64,000 bases of DNA from Candidatus Limnocylindrales bacterium (GCA_049967415.1 JBMFSS010000007.1:6629-70628), one strand, 5' to 3'. Positions 1 through 9,416 are shown, numbered from the stretch's first letter. Made by a program: numbers and translations. Notes: generated by a model from the sequence alone, not told the origin.

Positions 1-804
1 GCGGTCGCGCAGCTGGCGGTCGAAACCCGCGCGGGCCAGCGAGATGTCGCTGAGCACGGAGAGCATGTAGATGACAAACGGTTCGCGCTTGGCGCGGTTG
101 AGGGCCTCGCGCCGCGTCCGGTCGACCAGTGTGAGCAGGTAACCGGCCGTCTCGATCGAGGCCGGATCGCGCCCGGCCGCCAGGGCCGCCTGGTCGAGGC
201 GCTCCAGGATGCCGCGCAGCGACGGGATCGACTCGGCGGGCCGGGCCAGGTAGCCATCGGCCTTCTGGCCGGCCAGCGCCACCAGCTCCTTCCGGTATGC
301 GGCGATCGCCAGCGGGATCCGGTGCGGTGGCTCGAACATGGGCTGGATGGGCGGCAGGCCCGGCGTGGCCGAGGGCAGCCGCTCGCCTGCCCAGAGGGTG
401 CGCAGCTGATCCATGGCCGTGCTGACCCGGTCCACGGCCTCGTCCAGCTCATACGGGATCCCCATCTGCCGGAGGCGCAATGGAAGGCCGGTGCCCAGCG
501 CCATCACGATGCGCCCGGGGGCCATCTCGTCCAGGGCGGAGCCGGTCATGGCGAGCGCCACGGGGTGGCGCGTGTACGGGTTGACCGCCCCCAGGGCGAT
601 GCGGAACCCATCGGGGGTCTCGTCGGCGCCGAGCTGGGAGGCGATCGCGCTGACATAGGTGACGGCGTCCCGTTCGAAATAGCTGTCGTGGATCCAGACG
701 GAGTCCAGTCCCGCCGCGCGGGCGGCAGTGCTCCAGGAGACCACGGCCGAGACCTCGCCGCGGGCGGCGAGTCCGAGTCCGACGGGACGCGAGAGACGAT
801 CCAT
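1..804 (-). CDS. LLM-class (bacterial luciferase-like) flavin/F420-dependent oxidoreductase; 3' end runs off the window
   Basis: Minus-strand translation from ATG (cat at 802-804) reads MDRLSRPVGLGLAARGEVSAVVSWSTAARAAGLDSVWIHDSYFERDAVTYVSAIASQLGADETPDGFRIALGAVNPYTRHPVALAMTGSALDEMAPGRIVMALGTG... and stays open to position 1. Luciferase-like TIM-barrel signature. AAGGAA ribosome-binding site upstream. Absent from the ORF track because it has no stop inside the window. Confidence 0.75.
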   Translation of the reverse strand, partial: MDRLSRPVGLGLAARGEVSAVVSWSTAARAAGLDSVWIHDSYFERDAVTYVSAIASQLGADETPDGFRIALGAVNPYTRHPVALAMTGSALDEMAPGRIVMALGTGLPLRLRQMGIPYELDEAVDRVSTAMDQLRTLWAGERLPSATPGLPPIQPMFEPPHRIPLAIAAYRKELVALAGQKADGYLARPAESIPSLRGILERLDQAALAAGRDPASIETAGYLLTLVDRTRREALNRAKREPFVIYMLSVLSDISLARAGFDRQLRDR

Positions 805-1020
805 CAACCGTTCCTTCGTTGCCAGGGCCGGCGCGGATCGCCGGCTGGAGCATGGTACCCCGGGCCCGGCCGGCGCCCGGGCCGCAGGACCGTCTTGCGG
901 TGGGCCGCTTCCGGTCATCGTTCACGAGGGCCCGGCCGGAGGCGACGTTCGGGAGGCTTGCCGGGGCCCCGGGCGACCGCAGGCAAGTCGGAGTTTGACG
1001 CGGGGTGCTAGGGTGCACGT

Positions 1021-1497
1021 GTGGAACGAGTCGCGGAGCGCCACGATCGTGGGCTGCTGGTGGTTCTTGTGGTGGCCCTGCTCCTTCGGACGGTCCTGGG
1101 GCTGGTCGACACGGTGGCCTTGATCCAGGGCGGCGTCCCGACCATCCCGATGCCGGAGACGATCGCGGTTGCGCCCCCCTCGCCGTTCTGGCCCGCGACC
1201 TTTGCGCTGCTGGCGCTGCTGGGAGCGATCGGGTTGACGAGCCGCGTGACCCTCGGCTGGGGGCTCGGCGTGGCGGCCTGCCTCGGCTACCTCGTGTCCG
1301 GGATCGCGGATCTCGGGAGCCTGCGCCCGGGCGCGCCCCTGGGCGATGCCGGCTTCTGGCTCTTCTTTGGTGCCAACCTGGTCATTCCGGCCGCCGTACT
1401 GGCGGGGCTGCTGGCCATCCGTCGTCATTTCATGCCTCGACCCATGGCGCCTGCCCGGCTCATGGGCCGCTGGCCCCGAGCGGGGCGTCGCCCATGA
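1021..1497 (+). CDS. hypothetical integral membrane protein
   Basis: 158-aa ORF with four predicted hydrophobic helices (LLVVLVVALLL, FALLALLGAIGL, VAACLGYLVSGI, LVIPAAVLAGLLAI). Its stop overlaps the next gene's ATG (ATGA). The true start may be an internal GTG. Confidence 0.4.
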   Translation: MERVAERHDRGLLVVLVVALLLRTVLGLVDTVALIQGGVPTIPMPETIAVAPPSPFWPATFALLALLGAIGLTSRVTLGWGLGVAACLGYLVSGIADLGSLRPGAPLGDAGFWLFFGANLVIPAAVLAGLLAIRRHFMPRPMAPARLMGRWPRAGRRP

Positions 1498-1934
1498 GCG
1501 CATCGTCTGAGTGGCCGCTTCGGCCGGCCCAGGCCACGGATGCGGCGGCCATCGCGGCGCTCCTCAGCGCGGAGGGGTACCCGGCGGGGCCGGGCGATAT
1601 CCTCGAACGGCTGGAGCGGTGGAACGACGGCCGGTCGGCGGTCCTGGTCGCCACGGCCCGGGAGGAGGTCGTGGGGTTCGTGGCGGTGCACGTGATGCCG
1701 CGCTTCGAGCACGGGGACTGGATCGCACGGGTCCTGGCGCTCGTGGTGGACGAGGGGGCCCGGGAGCGCGGGGTGGGCCGCGAGCTGATGGAGGCGGCCG
1801 AGCGCCATGCGCTGGAGAGTGGGTGCGCCTTCATCGAGGTGACGGCCGGACGGCACCGCCCCGGCGCGCTCCAGCTCTACGAGTCGGTCGGGTACGAGCA
1901 AGGGGTCGCCGTCTACCTGCGTCGGCGACTCTGA
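1494..1934 (+). CDS. GNAT family N-acetyltransferase
   Basis: MSASSEWPLRPAQATDAAAIAALL...VVGFVAVHV...RGVGRELMEAAERHALESGCAFIEVT...ALQLYESVGY: acetyl-CoA binding motif (RGxGxxL) and GNAT fold topology. Confidence 0.8.
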   Translation: MSASSEWPLRPAQATDAAAIAALLSAEGYPAGPGDILERLERWNDGRSAVLVATAREEVVGFVAVHVMPRFEHGDWIARVLALVVDEGARERGVGRELMEAAERHALESGCAFIEVTAGRHRPGALQLYESVGYEQGVAVYLRRRL

Positions 1935-2311
1935 GCGGCGGCGCGGCCGGAGGGGCGTGGCGAAACCTTTACCTCCTCGCCGCAGCCGCGCAACGTGGCA
2001 CTGCCAGACTGCTCCGACCCGCAGCAGGAGATCAGGCGTTGGCACGTTCCCGTCGAGGCAACCGGCAACCATTCGGCACGCCGAGGGAAAGCGGTTTGCC
2101 CGCCGGCTCCGCGGCTCCCGAAAGCGGCTCGGCCCTTGCAGGCTCCTCGGCTTCAGGCGCCCAGTCTGTGCCCGGTCCGGCCCGTTCTCCGGCCGCGCCG
2201 AGCCCAGCGGCGCTCTCTCGGGTGCCGCCCACTGCCCCCGCGCCGCGCGGCGCTGGATCGCGGCCAGGGGCACAGGATCTGCACCGGGGGGCGCGAGACG
2301 CCGCCCCGGGG

Positions 2312-3394
2312 GTGACCGAAGCAGGCCGCTCCGGGGCCGCGGGGTGGGTACGCTCCTCCGCGCTTCTGCCCCTCCGGTTCTTCGTCGGTTTCACCTTCGT
2401 CTTCGCCGGGGTCGACAAGCTCGCCCTCGATCCGGGCTTCCTTGACCTCTCGTCGCGCACCAGCATCCTGGTGCAGCTCCAGGGCTACGCGCACACGTCA
2501 CCGCTGAGCCCGCTCATCACGGCGGTGGCGATCCCGAACGCGTGGCTGATGGGGATGCTCATCGCCGTCTCCGAGATCGCGGTGGGGCTGGGGCTCCTGT
2601 CGGGGCTCGCGTTCCGACTCGCCGCCGCCGGCGGCGCCGCGCTCTCGCTCCTCTTCTTCCTGACCGCCTCGTGGAACGTGCACCCGTACTACTTCGGGCA
2701 GGACCTGCCGTACGGGTTTGCCTTTCTGACGCTGGCGCTTGCCGGCCACGGCGACCGGTACGTCCTGGGCCCCTGGGTGGAACGACAGCTCACGCCGCAC
2801 CCCGCGCGGACGCGCCGCGCGCCGGTTCCAGCTCCGATGTCGCCGGGGCGGCGAGAGGCACTGCAGATCGGGACCCTGGCAATCGCCGCGTTCGTGCTGG
2901 CGGCCGTGGTGCGCCCGTTGCACGACCTGTTCCTGCCCGCCACGGCGTCTCCGGCGGGCGCGACCTCGGGCAGTGCGCCTTCGGTTTCGGCAGGTGCAGG
3001 CACGGGGGCCGCAGCGTCCGCAGGGGCGCCTGCCTCGAGCGGAACTGGCCGGGCCGGGCCGGCGGGCCCGCTGGCCATCGCGTCGGCTGCAGCAGTGGCG
3101 CAGGCGGGGGCCGTGGCGTTCCAGGTGCCGGTCGCGATCGGCAACGCCGCCCCGGGAGATCCGGGGATCGTGGTCTCCCTCGGCGCCGGCACGTTCGTCG
3201 CGTTCGACGCCGTCTGCACGCATGCCGGCTGCACGGTGGGTTTCGATCCGCAGTCGCAGATGCTGGTCTGCCCCTGTCACGGCGCGACATATGATCCTCG
3301 GCACAACGCGCAGCCGGTGGCAGGCCCCACGAATATCCCGCTTACGGCGCTGCCGATTTCGATCCAGTCGGGCGAGATCACGCTCCGGGCCTGA
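2312..3394 (+). CDS. DoxX-family membrane protein fused to a C-terminal Rieske [2Fe-2S] domain
   Basis: C-terminal part of the 1511..3394 ORF. N-terminal region is DoxX-like with four TM helices (LLPLRFFVGFTFVFAGVDKL...). C-terminal region has a Rieske motif (CTHAGC...17 residues...CPCHGATYD). The two are joined by a Gly/Ala/Ser-rich linker. The start was chosen at GTG 2312, just before the first TM helix; it could lie a little upstream. Confidence 0.6.
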   Translation: MTEAGRSGAAGWVRSSALLPLRFFVGFTFVFAGVDKLALDPGFLDLSSRTSILVQLQGYAHTSPLSPLITAVAIPNAWLMGMLIAVSEIAVGLGLLSGLAFRLAAAGGAALSLLFFLTASWNVHPYYFGQDLPYGFAFLTLALAGHGDRYVLGPWVERQLTPHPARTRRAPVPAPMSPGRREALQIGTLAIAAFVLAAVVRPLHDLFLPATASPAGATSGSAPSVSAGAGTGAAASAGAPASSGTGRAGPAGPLAIASAAAVAQAGAVAFQVPVAIGNAAPGDPGIVVSLGAGTFVAFDAVCTHAGCTVGFDPQSQMLVCPCHGATYDPRHNAQPVAGPTNIPLTALPISIQSGEITLRA

Positions 3395-3429
3395 AGCCGC
3401 GCGGCCTCCGGTCGCGCCCCGGTAGACTC

Positions 3430-4812
3430 GTGGCGATGGTCGCACTCTCCATCCGCCTGCGCGGCGCCTCGGCGCCCATGCTGTCGCTCCCGTGGGGGCG
3501 ACCGCTCGCCGACTGGTCGCACGAGGCAGTCACGCTCCGCGAGCGGCCGGTGGGAGCCAGCCGACACGTGGTCCGTTTCGTCGAGCTCGCGGGGACGCTG
3601 TACGCGCTCAAGGAGATGCCGGTCGGAGTGGCTCGCCGCGAATACGAAACGCTGCGCGAGTTGGAACGTCGCGAGTTCCCGGGCGTGCGGCCCCTCGGCC
3701 TGGTGGAACGGGGCGGTGACGAGCCGGCGGTCCTGGTAACCGAGTACCTCGCCGGCTCATTCCAGTTCCGCCGCCTCTTCCAGCGCCTGCCTGCAGGCGC
3801 GCGCAAGCACCGCGACCGGCTCCTGGACGCGATGGCGTGGCTGATGGTGGACCTGCATCGGAACGGCGTGTACTGGGGCGATTGCTCCCTGGCGAACACC
3901 CTGTTTCGGCGCGACGGCCAGGCGCTGCAGGCGTTCCTGGTCGACGCGGAGACGAGCGAGGTGCATCCCTCGCTCAGCGATGGGCAGCGGGCGCTGGACG
4001 TGGAGATCCTGGTGGAGAACGTGGCCGGCGACCTGGCCGACATCGGCGCCCAGATCGGCCGGCCCAGCGAGCTGATCGACGAGGACTTCGAGGCCGCCGA
4101 GCGGGTTGCCCAGCGCTATGCCGCGCTGTGGGAGGAGCTCCACCGCGAGGAAACCATCGGCCCGGGCGACCAGTACCGGGTCGAGGCACGCGTGCGCCGG
4201 CTCAACGAGCTCGGCTTTGCGGTGGACGAGCTCTCGTTCGATCCGGGTGCCGAGGAGAGCGGGTCGGGCGCCGGAGGCACGGAGGCGTGGCCCGCGACGA
4301 GCCCGGCCGGCGAGGGGGCGGCGGGCCGTCTGCGGCTGCGGGTGGTGGTGGCGGGACGCCGGTTCCACGCAAGCGAGCTGCGTCGCCTCACCGGGCTGGA
4401 GGTCGGCGAGGGGCAGGCCACGATCTTGCTCAACGACCTGCGCGCGTGCCGCGGCCGTCTGGAACGTCAGGTCGGGGGCTCGGTCTCCGAAGCAGAGGCC
4501 GCGGACCGCTGGCTGACGGAGATCGTTCGCCCCACCCTGGCGCGCCTGGCTACCCTGCGCCTCGCGACGCCCGATCCGGTGCAGGCGTACTGCGACCTGC
4601 TCGAAGTGCGCTGGCTGCTCTCCGAGGAGGCCGGGCACGACGTCGGGGACGAGGCGGCGATCGAGGCGATCCGGCAACGACGGATGCCCACCGAGTCGGC
4701 GGCCGGGATGGTGGTGGTGGAGGAACCCACTGCGATCTACGACGTGGTCGGGTGGCATCCCGCCCCGCCCGAGGCCGCGCCGGCGGCTGAGCGGACGGAC
4801 GACGCTGGCTGA
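3430..4812 (+). CDS. DUF4032 domain-containing protein (lipopolysaccharide-kinase-like N-terminal domain)
   Basis: 460-aa ORF with a TAGACT -10-like element immediately upstream. Conserved protein matching, from memory, the DUF4032 family; kinase-like N-terminal region (HRNGVYWGDCSLANTLFRRDG, LVDAETSEVH). Confidence 0.65.
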   Translation: MAMVALSIRLRGASAPMLSLPWGRPLADWSHEAVTLRERPVGASRHVVRFVELAGTLYALKEMPVGVARREYETLRELERREFPGVRPLGLVERGGDEPAVLVTEYLAGSFQFRRLFQRLPAGARKHRDRLLDAMAWLMVDLHRNGVYWGDCSLANTLFRRDGQALQAFLVDAETSEVHPSLSDGQRALDVEILVENVAGDLADIGAQIGRPSELIDEDFEAAERVAQRYAALWEELHREETIGPGDQYRVEARVRRLNELGFAVDELSFDPGAEESGSGAGGTEAWPATSPAGEGAAGRLRLRVVVAGRRFHASELRRLTGLEVGEGQATILLNDLRACRGRLERQVGGSVSEAEAADRWLTEIVRPTLARLATLRLATPDPVQAYCDLLEVRWLLSEEAGHDVGDEAAIEAIRQRRMPTESAAGMVVVEEPTAIYDVVGWHPAPPEAAPAAERTDDAG

Positions 4813-4908
4813 CCCGCCGTTCCCCGGTGCGAGCGTCCCTGGCCCGGTCCGGCGGCCTTCGGGCCCCGCGGGGCGGGCCGACCGGCGCGGCGCTCCCGGG
4901 CCCGGAGC

Positions 4909-5769
4909 TCAGCGCCCGCCCGGCTTTCGGCCCAGCACGGAGTGAAACCCGCGTCGCACGACGAACGCCTGGCGGGGGAACGGCGCGAGCTCGGCGAGCA
5001 GGGCTTCACGGAGCGCCGTTCGTTCCGCGCCGTCCAGGGCGGCCCGACGAAGGTCGCGTTCAGCCCGCGAGAGCATGGCATCCACGAACCAGGCCGCGCC
5101 GACGTAATCCGCATCGAAGTGGTGGGCCCGCAGCTCGACCCCCTCGAACCCCGCGCGCTGCATCAGTCGGGCGATCCGATCGGGGCGCCCGTTCCGGCTC
5201 GAGAGCCGGCCGAAGGCTTCCTCGTGGCCGGCCCCTCCCTCGGCCACAGCCGGCACGAGCTGCAGCAGCCGCTCCTCGAACCGCCGGAGGACGGAGGGTG
5301 AGAAGGCTCCCCACACGGTAAAGCCGGCCAGACCTCCCGGGGCCAGCACGCGCAGGATGCCGCAGAGGGCTCGCATCGGGTGGGGGAAGTGGCTGAACCC
5401 GAAGCCGCACCCCACGCGCTCGAAGGCTCCCTCCGGGTAACCCAGTTGCTCCGCGTCCATCACGCGGAGGTCAATGGCCGGCATGCCCGCGGCCTCGCAC
5501 GCCGCCCTCGCCTCCCTGACCTGCAACGGCGCGAAGTCGCAGGCGGCCACCCTGGACGCGCCCACCCTGGCCGCAAAGGCCCGCGCGACGAGCCCCGTAC
5601 CGCAGGCGAGGTCGAGACACCGCTCGTCCCGCTCCGGTTCCAGGTCGGCGACCAGCTGCTCCGCGGGAATCCGGAAGTAGGGACCCATGTGCGGCTCCCA
5701 GCCGGCGGCTGCCGCGTCGTAGTCCTCGCGGATGTACGCCTTCAGCGCGCTGGGGGTGACCCGGGCCAT
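4909..5769 (-). CDS. class I SAM-dependent methyltransferase
   Basis: LDLACGTGLVARAF SAM-binding motif I, ACDFAP motif II, MDAEQLGYPEGAFERV motif III. Confidence 0.8.
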   Translation of the reverse strand: MARVTPSALKAYIREDYDAAAAGWEPHMGPYFRIPAEQLVADLEPERDERCLDLACGTGLVARAFAARVGASRVAACDFAPLQVREARAACEAAGMPAIDLRVMDAEQLGYPEGAFERVGCGFGFSHFPHPMRALCGILRVLAPGGLAGFTVWGAFSPSVLRRFEERLLQLVPAVAEGGAGHEEAFGRLSSRNGRPDRIARLMQRAGFEGVELRAHHFDADYVGAAWFVDAMLSRAERDLRRAALDGAERTALREALLAELAPFPRQAFVVRRGFHSVLGRKPGGR

Positions 5770-5833
5770 GGCCGGATCGTACGTCAGGGGCCTGCGATGC
5801 AGGCTGCGGCGCCTTCCGGTACGCTCCTGACGA

Positions 5834-6586
5834 ATGCCCCAGCTGACGTTTCACGGCGACCCCTATCAGGTGCTCGGCCTCCCCGGCGACGCGTCGAACG
5901 CGACCATCAAGCGCCGCTGGCGAGAGCTGGCCCGCGAACACCACCCGGACCGGGCGAACGATCCCGCGGAGGCCGCCCTGCTCACCAGGCAGATGGCCAG
6001 GATCAACGCCGCATACGATCTGCTGCGGGACCCGGCACGCCGCGCGCGCGTGGATGGAGCGGCCCATCCGGACCAGCCGGATGCGCACGGGCCGGCATTC
6101 CGCCCCCGGCAGGACGACGCGCCGGCCGGTCCCCCGAGGCCGCGCCCAACTCGCCCGGTGACGGCGCGCTTCGATACCACGCCGGTCTTTCACCGCCGGA
6201 ATGCGACCCTGAGACGGACGAAGATCCCGCTCGACGGGCTCCGGCCGGTGCCGACCCGCGAGCGGCGCGCCAGCCAGGAACCGCTCCGCTCGAGTGACCC
6301 CTGTGGGCCCATCCTGCGGCACCGTGTCCCCGCCCGTCCGCTGCGGCTTCCCTCGCTCGAGGAGGCACGCGCCACGGTCCTCGCCTTTGGCAAGTTCCAT
6401 GGCCGGACGCTGGGCGACGTGGAGCGGTCCGAGCCCACCTACATCGACTGGATCGCCCGCACGATCACCCGGGACCACGGCCTGGTCGTGCGGGCGCGGG
6501 TCATCCGTGACGACATGGATGCGCGCGGGGTGCGCCGGGAGGTGCGCACGACGACGCCCGGGTTCGGGAGCTCGAGCCCGGACTGA
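5834..6586 (+). CDS. J-domain (DnaJ-like) protein with a DUF3820-like C-terminal domain
   Basis: N-terminal [30 protein letters not shown] with HPD tripeptide (J domain). C-terminal [25 protein letters not shown] resembles the DUF3820 motif. Pro/Arg-rich linker between. Confidence 0.75.
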   Translation: MPQLTFHGDPYQVLGLPGDASNATIKRRWRELAREHHPDRANDPAEAALLTRQMARINAAYDLLRDPARRARVDGAAHPDQPDAHGPAFRPRQDDAPAGPPRPRPTRPVTARFDTTPVFHRRNATLRRTKIPLDGLRPVPTRERRASQEPLRSSDPCGPILRHRVPARPLRLPSLEEARATVLAFGKFHGRTLGDVERSEPTYIDWIARTITRDHGLVVRARVIRDDMDARGVRREVRTTTPGFGSSSPD

Positions 6587-6959
6587 GACACGGACGCGGG
6601 CCACCCGGCCTCGAGACGCGCGGGCTGGCGGCCGCCGACCCGCGCGTCCGGCCCGTCGGCCGGAGTGCCTGTCACTCGACTCGTTGCCGCGCGGCCCGCG
6701 TCCTCTGCTGCGGTGGAGCCCACCGCCCCTGAAGTGCGAGGGCAGCGACGCCATGCGGCCCGGTGGTCGACGCCTCGGGTATGTTCCGGACCCCTGGATC
6801 GGCGGCCATGTCGATCTTCGGCGCCGGGGCTCGCTCCCGCCATGGGCCTTGGGTACCGCCGCGGGGGCACGAAGGAGCGTGGCGGCCGTGCACCACGTCA
6901 CGCGGAAGGCCACCTGCAGGCGGTTCGCGTCCGCCAGGCAGCGTGCTACAGTCGCCGCG

Positions 6960-8639
6960 ATGGACGAGGGCTGGCGCGCCGCCCGGGAGCGCTGGGAGCG
7001 CGAGCGACTCGATCCCGAGATCCGGCGCGTCCCCGAGCGCGGGCCGCGGTTCCGCACCCTCGGCGAGATCCCGGTGCGCGGCCTGTACACGCCGCTGGAC
7101 CTGGAGGGGCGTGACCCGCTGGAGACCGTGGGGTTCCCCGGGTGGCCACCGTTCACCCGAGGTATCCACGCCAGCGGCTACCGCGGTCGGCTCTGGACGA
7201 TGCGCATGTTCGCCGGCTTTGGCTCGGCGGAAGACACCAACGCCCGCTTCCATGAGCTGCTGGCCGCCGGGCAGACCGGGCTCTCGATCGCCTATGACAT
7301 GCCCACGCTGTACGGCTACGACACCGACGATCCGCAGGCGGAAGGCGAGTTCGGCACCTGCGGCGTGGCGGTCAGCTCGCTGGCGGACATGGAGATTCTG
7401 CTGGAGGGGATCCCGCTCGACCGGATCTCCACCTCCATGACCATCAACGCGCCGGCCGCGCCGATCTGGGCCATGTACATCGCGGCGGCCGAGAAGCGTG
7501 GCTATCCGCGGGGCAGCCTCGAAGGTACGCTCCAGAACGACATCCTGAAGGAGTACATCGCCCAGAAGGAGTTCCTCTTCCCCATCGAGCCCTCCCTGCG
7601 ACTGGTCACCGACACGATCGAGTTCGGCACCCGGGAGCTGCCCCGCTGGAACACCGTTTCGATCAGCGGCTACCACATCCGGGAGGCGGGGGCCACGGCG
7701 GTCCAGGAGCTCGCCTTCACCATCGCCGACGGGATCACGTACGTCGAGCGGGCGCTCGAGCGGGGCTTGCAGGTGGACGAGTTCGCGCCCCGCCTCTCGT
7801 TCTTCTTCAACGCCCATTCCGACTTCTTCGAAGAGATTGCCAAGTACCGTGCCGCTCGCCGCATCTGGTATCGGCTGGTGACCGAACGCTGGCACGCCGC
7901 CCACGAACGATCCGCCTGGCTGCGCTTCCACGCCCAGACGGCAGGCGCCTCGCTCACCGCCCAGCAGCCACTCAACAACCTGACCCGGGTCGCGGTCCAG
8001 GCGCTGTCGGCGGTCCTCGGGGGCGCGCAGTCACTGCACACCGATGCGTACGACGAGGCCTGGGCCGTGCCGTCGGCGGAGGCCGCGCTGCTGGCGCTCC
8101 GCCAGCAGCAGGTGCTGGCGGCGGAGACGGGCGCGACCAGCACCGTGGACCCGCTGGGGGGCTCCTGGTACGTCGAGTGGCTGACCGACGAGGTGGAACG
8201 CCAGGCCTTGCGCTACCTCGGCGAGATCGATGCCTTGGGCGGGATGCCATCGGCCATCGATGCGGGCTTCCCCCAGCGTGAGATCGCGGATGCCGCATAT
8301 CGGTACCAGCGGGCCCTCGACGCGGGGGAGCGGGAGGTGGTCGGTGTCAACGCGCATGCCGACCCGGACGAGCAACTGGCGATCCCACTGCTGGAGGTGA
8401 GCGAGGAGAGCCGGCGGCGCCATCTCGCGCGCCTCGAACGGGTCCGCCGGACCCGCGATCCCGTCGCGGTGGCGGCCGCGCTGGATCACCTGCGCGACAT
8501 GGCCGCCCGTCCCGGCTCGAGCGCGACCAACGTGATGCCGGCCCTGCTCGAGTGCGCCACCGCCTACGCGACCCTGGGCGAGATGTGCGGCGTGCTGCGC
8601 ACATGCTTTGGCGAGTATCGCGAGGGCGTCGCGGTCTGA
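6960..8639 (+). CDS. B12-dependent acyl-CoA mutase large (catalytic TIM-barrel) subunit, lacking a fused B12-binding domain; specificity residues look isobutyryl-CoA-mutase-like
   Basis: [18 protein letters not shown]...[30 protein letters not shown]...SIAYDMPT...[17 protein letters not shown]...[13 protein letters not shown]...: methylmalonyl-CoA mutase family substrate-binding domain. The ATG at 6960 was chosen over the 222-aa N-terminal extension in the ORF track, which is low-complexity and overlaps the reading context of the upstream gene. No C-terminal DxHxxG B12 domain. Confidence 0.9.
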   Translation: MDEGWRAARERWERERLDPEIRRVPERGPRFRTLGEIPVRGLYTPLDLEGRDPLETVGFPGWPPFTRGIHASGYRGRLWTMRMFAGFGSAEDTNARFHELLAAGQTGLSIAYDMPTLYGYDTDDPQAEGEFGTCGVAVSSLADMEILLEGIPLDRISTSMTINAPAAPIWAMYIAAAEKRGYPRGSLEGTLQNDILKEYIAQKEFLFPIEPSLRLVTDTIEFGTRELPRWNTVSISGYHIREAGATAVQELAFTIADGITYVERALERGLQVDEFAPRLSFFFNAHSDFFEEIAKYRAARRIWYRLVTERWHAAHERSAWLRFHAQTAGASLTAQQPLNNLTRVAVQALSAVLGGAQSLHTDAYDEAWAVPSAEAALLALRQQQVLAAETGATSTVDPLGGSWYVEWLTDEVERQALRYLGEIDALGGMPSAIDAGFPQREIADAAYRYQRALDAGEREVVGVNAHADPDEQLAIPLLEVSEESRRRHLARLERVRRTRDPVAVAAALDHLRDMAARPGSSATNVMPALLECATAYATLGEMCGVLRTCFGEYREGVAV

Positions 8640-8690
8640 GCCCTGCGAGGCATCGCGACCGGCCGCGGGGTGCGGTCGGCCTCGGTCGCG

Positions 8691-9416
8691 TCACATCCCG
8701 GGATCGGGCGGCAGCCTCCGCAGGAGTTGTTCCGCGAACCGCTGGGCCGACTGCAGCGACCCACCGGCCCAGTCCACCGGGAGACGCGCCAAATCAGGAC
8801 CCAGGGCATCGAACGCGCGGCCGCCCAGCATGATGGCCGGCGGATTGGGCATCGCCCGCAGGGCGGCCACTGCGGCACGCACCGTCTCGAAGCGGTCGGC
8901 GAGGGCGGCGCTGAGCGCCACCAGCCGGGCCTGCTCCCGCGCGACATAGCGGACCAGGTCGTCCACCGGCACACTCTGGCCGAGGTACGCGACCGACCAG
9001 CCGCTCTCGCGCAGGACGTGCTCGAGCAGGATCAGCCCGATGGCATGCTCCTCGCCTTCGGCCGCGGCGAGTACCGCCAGGGGGCCGATCCGGTCGCTCA
9101 CGGCAACCTCCGGCGCCAGGTCCTCCAGCGCCCGCGCCAGCGCCTGGCTCGCCCGGTGCTCCTCGCTGATGGTCCAGCGGCCGCCGCGCCACCCGTCGCC
9201 GACCTCGCGCATCGCGTCGCGGACCAGGGAGTCGTACACCACGGCGCGGGAGGGCCCCTGCAGCGCGACCCGGAGCGCCCAGGTGACGAGGTCCTGGTCG
9301 CCCTCCACCAGCAGGCCGGCCAGCACCTCAGGCGTCACCACGTCGGGCGCGACCGTGCCGGCCAGTCGTGGATCAACCGGCGGCAGGGACGGGACCGACT
9401 TGTCTTCGTCACTCAC
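8691..9416 (-). CDS. stand-alone cobalamin (B12)-binding domain protein: helical cap plus Rossmann B12-binding domain, no DNA-binding domain
   Basis: Cap region has a W-x9-E-H motif (GWRGGRWTISEEHRAS). Rossmann region has the His-on B12 ligand motif ExHxxG (EGEEHAIGLILL) followed by GWSVAYLGQSVPVDDLV. Convergent with the mutase gene. Confidence 0.7.
   Translation of the reverse strand: MSDEDKSVPSLPPVDPRLAGTVAPDVVTPEVLAGLLVEGDQDLVTWALRVALQGPSRAVVYDSLVRDAMREVGDGWRGGRWTISEEHRASQALARALEDLAPEVAVSDRIGPLAVLAAAEGEEHAIGLILLEHVLRESGWSVAYLGQSVPVDDLVRYVAREQARLVALSAALADRFETVRAAVAALRAMPNPPAIMLGGRAFDALGPDLARLPVDWAGGSLQSAQRFAEQLLRRLPPDPGM

Noticed and set aside
322-1123. Several plus- and minus-strand ORFs (322..1011, 449..1018, 728..1123)
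   Set aside because: All are alternative-frame or antisense readings of the LLM oxidoreductase gene and translate to Arg/Gly/Pro-rich junk.
1511-2311. N-terminal 267 codons of the 627-aa ORF leading into the DoxX-Rieske gene
   Set aside because: It overlaps the GNAT gene in another frame, then runs through low-complexity Ala/Gly/Pro/Ser sequence with no hydrophobic or conserved features. The start was moved to the GTG at 2312.
6294-6959. 222-aa N-terminal extension of the mutase large subunit (track ORF starts at a GTG at 6294)
   Set aside because: The extension is Arg/Pro/Ser-rich low complexity and overlaps the 3' end of the J-domain gene. Conserved mutase sequence begins at the ATG at 6960.
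6587-6959. Possible cobalamin riboswitch or small gene in the 370-bp gap upstream of the mutase
   Set aside because: I found no B12-box-like consensus (GCCACTG core) or recognisable riboswitch architecture, and the small ORFs there are low complexity. Left unannotated.
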